Source of the DNA: an uncultured Candidatus Saccharibacteria bacterium
Lineage (GTDB): Bacteria; Patescibacteriota; Minisyncoccia; Phycocordibacterales; UBA2100
Direction: 5' to 3'
DNA length: 44,195 nt
Assembly: GCA_964362305.1 (NCBI GenBank)
Contig: CAYIDY010000004.1
Coordinates: 1-44,195, forward strand
This document shows positions 43,729 through 44,195 of the stretch, piece after piece; the first letter of the stretch is position 1; each line of letters starts with the position of its first letter. Both the position numbers and the translations under genes were made by a program. Under the pieces are notes generated by a model. That model was given only the letters and a program-made list of their open reading frames with translations, did no database searches and was not told the origin of the DNA.

Positions 43729-43769
43729 GGCAGGGGGACGCACGATGCAACCGTGCTCGTCCCCCCGCC
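43729..43769 (+). terminator. GC-rich imperfect hairpin after the small secreted-protein gene
   Basis: GGCAGGGGGACGCACG pairs with CGTG(ct)CGTCCCCCCGCC around a 7-nt loop. There is no T tract. Confidence 0.3.
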
Positions 43770-43801
43770 TGACTTCCTAAATTAAGCAAGACCAGGATTA
43801 C

Positions 43802-43830
43802 TTGACATCGGTCAATTTAAGTGATAGAAA
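43802..43830 (+). promoter_or_regulatory. sigma70-like promoter TTGACA-N17-TAGAAA with an extended -10 TG
   Basis: The -35 box is at 43802-43807, TG at 43822-43823 and the -10 box at 43825-43830. Its architecture is nearly the same as the 43276 promoter. Confidence 0.4.
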
Positions 43831-43858
43831 ATGTTCCTCTGAATTATTAAAAATTAAC

Positions 43859-44195
43859 ATGTTTAGTAGCAAAAAAGTCATACATATGAATAAAAATACA
43901 TTAACGTTCGCTAGTTTGGTGCTCGGGGCAATCCTCGTGTCATGCAGTTTAGCCGCGACGGTCTCCGCTTCTGACGGCAGTGAGTTCTACGGATACGATG
44001 AAGGAGGTTCTGACTTCTTTGGCTACGATGGGGGCTCTGACTTCTACGGCTACGGTGGCGGAAGTGACTACCTCGGTTATGACAACGGTTCCGATTTCTA
44101 CGGTTACGGTGGAGGCAGTGACTTCTACGGCTTTGACGAAGGCTCTGACTTCTACGGCTACGGTGGCGGAAGTGACTACCTCGGTTATGACAACG
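43859..44195 (+). CDS. 5' part of a secreted or lipoprotein repeat protein with 9-aa Gly/Ser/Asp/Tyr repeats (SDFYGYGGG-like); truncated by the window edge
   Basis: Not in the ORF track because it has no stop. Manual translation: MFSSKKVIHMNKNTLTFASLVLGAILVSCSLAATVSASDGSEFYGYDEGGSDFFGYDGGSDFYGYGGGSDYLGYDNGSDFYGYGGGSDFYGFDEGSDFYGYGGGSDYLGYDN... It has a lipobox-like LVSC. An alternative start is ATG 43886. Confidence 0.6.
   Translation, partial: MFSSKKVIHMNKNTLTFASLVLGAILVSCSLAATVSASDGSEFYGYDEGGSDFFGYDGGSDFYGYGGGSDYLGYDNGSDFYGYGGGSDFYGFDEGSDFYGYGGGSDYLGYDN
44033..44195 (+). repeat. Tandem coding repeat: 27-nt units with a 108-nt higher-order period
   Basis: The 55-nt string ggctctgacttctacggctacggtggcggaagtgactacctcggttatgacaacg occurs identically at 44033-44087 and 44141-44195, the window end. 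Confidence 0.85.

Noticed and set aside
1-44195. Alternative genetic code (UGA recoding, as in Gracilibacteria/Absconditabacteria)
   Set aside because: TGA terminates several well-delimited genes at their expected C-termini (the 126..1151 gene, two LamG genes, rpiB, aroE, pheS). No conserved gene requires read-through of an in-frame TGA.
1-44195. CRISPR arrays, rRNA genes, and toxin-antitoxin or known defence-system genes
   Set aside because: I saw no regularly spaced direct repeats separated by unique spacers, no rRNA-like conserved blocks, and no recognisable nuclease, ATPase or methylase defence signatures in any ORF.
1-44195. The Gly-rich tail at 1-117 and the repeat gene running off at 44195 being two halves of one gene on a circular element
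   Set aside because: The repeat types differ (GGN-rich versus SDFYGYGGG). The reading frames do not join: the last base is codon position 1, whereas the tail starts at codon position 1. The housekeeping gene content indicates a chromosomal fragment.

Overview
This is a gene-dense 44.2-kb window, mostly coded on the plus strand, from a reduced-genome bacterium. By inference the gene content looks Patescibacteria/CPR (Parcubacteria-like): split transketolase, short EF-Ts, minimal PheS/PheT, tandem LamG surface proteins, a GspG-like pilin, PEGA and CARDB proteins, and a sortase. TGA is used as a stop codon, so the standard bacterial code applies. Gene order: a truncated Gly-rich CDS tail; a class A beta-lactamase-like hydrolase; three tandem secreted LamG-repeat paralogues (1.7-8.6 kb); an AT-rich ~0.7-kb non-coding stretch followed by an IS200-like Y1 (RAYT-like) transposase flanked by palindromes; gap-rpiB-rpe; a pilin; a PG-binding/GH5-like/F5-8 type C secreted enzyme; aroQ-aroE-DAHP synthase-aroB followed by split tkt; a minus-strand trio (kinase-fold protein, PfkB kinase, permuted papain-like hydrolase); rplY, a coiled-coil lytic transglycosylase, an atypical winged-helix regulator, rpmE, prfA, rpsB, tsf, tRNA-Thr(UGU); a processive GT2 synthase plus a PEGA protein; pheS-pheT; gyrB; an envelope cluster (Tat-like S1 protease, CARDB protein, sortase, Tat-like L,D-transpeptidase); and a truncated Gly/Tyr/Asp repeat lipoprotein at the 3' edge. 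I recognised no rRNA, CRISPR array, reverse transcriptase or known defence genes. The most interesting signals are: (1) a candidate trpL/pheL-style attenuator upstream of the shikimate operon, with a 23-codon leader ORF containing Tyr-Phe-Ser-Phe-Trp-Phe; (2) -10 boxes placed 6-9 nt upstream of start codons at many genes, implying mostly leaderless operon-first mRNAs; (3) a divergent SelO-like kinase-fold protein in a minus-strand island; (4) LamG paralogues with near-identical linker cassettes; (5) structured palindromic elements in the aro/tkt intergenic regions. All homology calls are motif recognition by eye and need HMM or structure confirmation.
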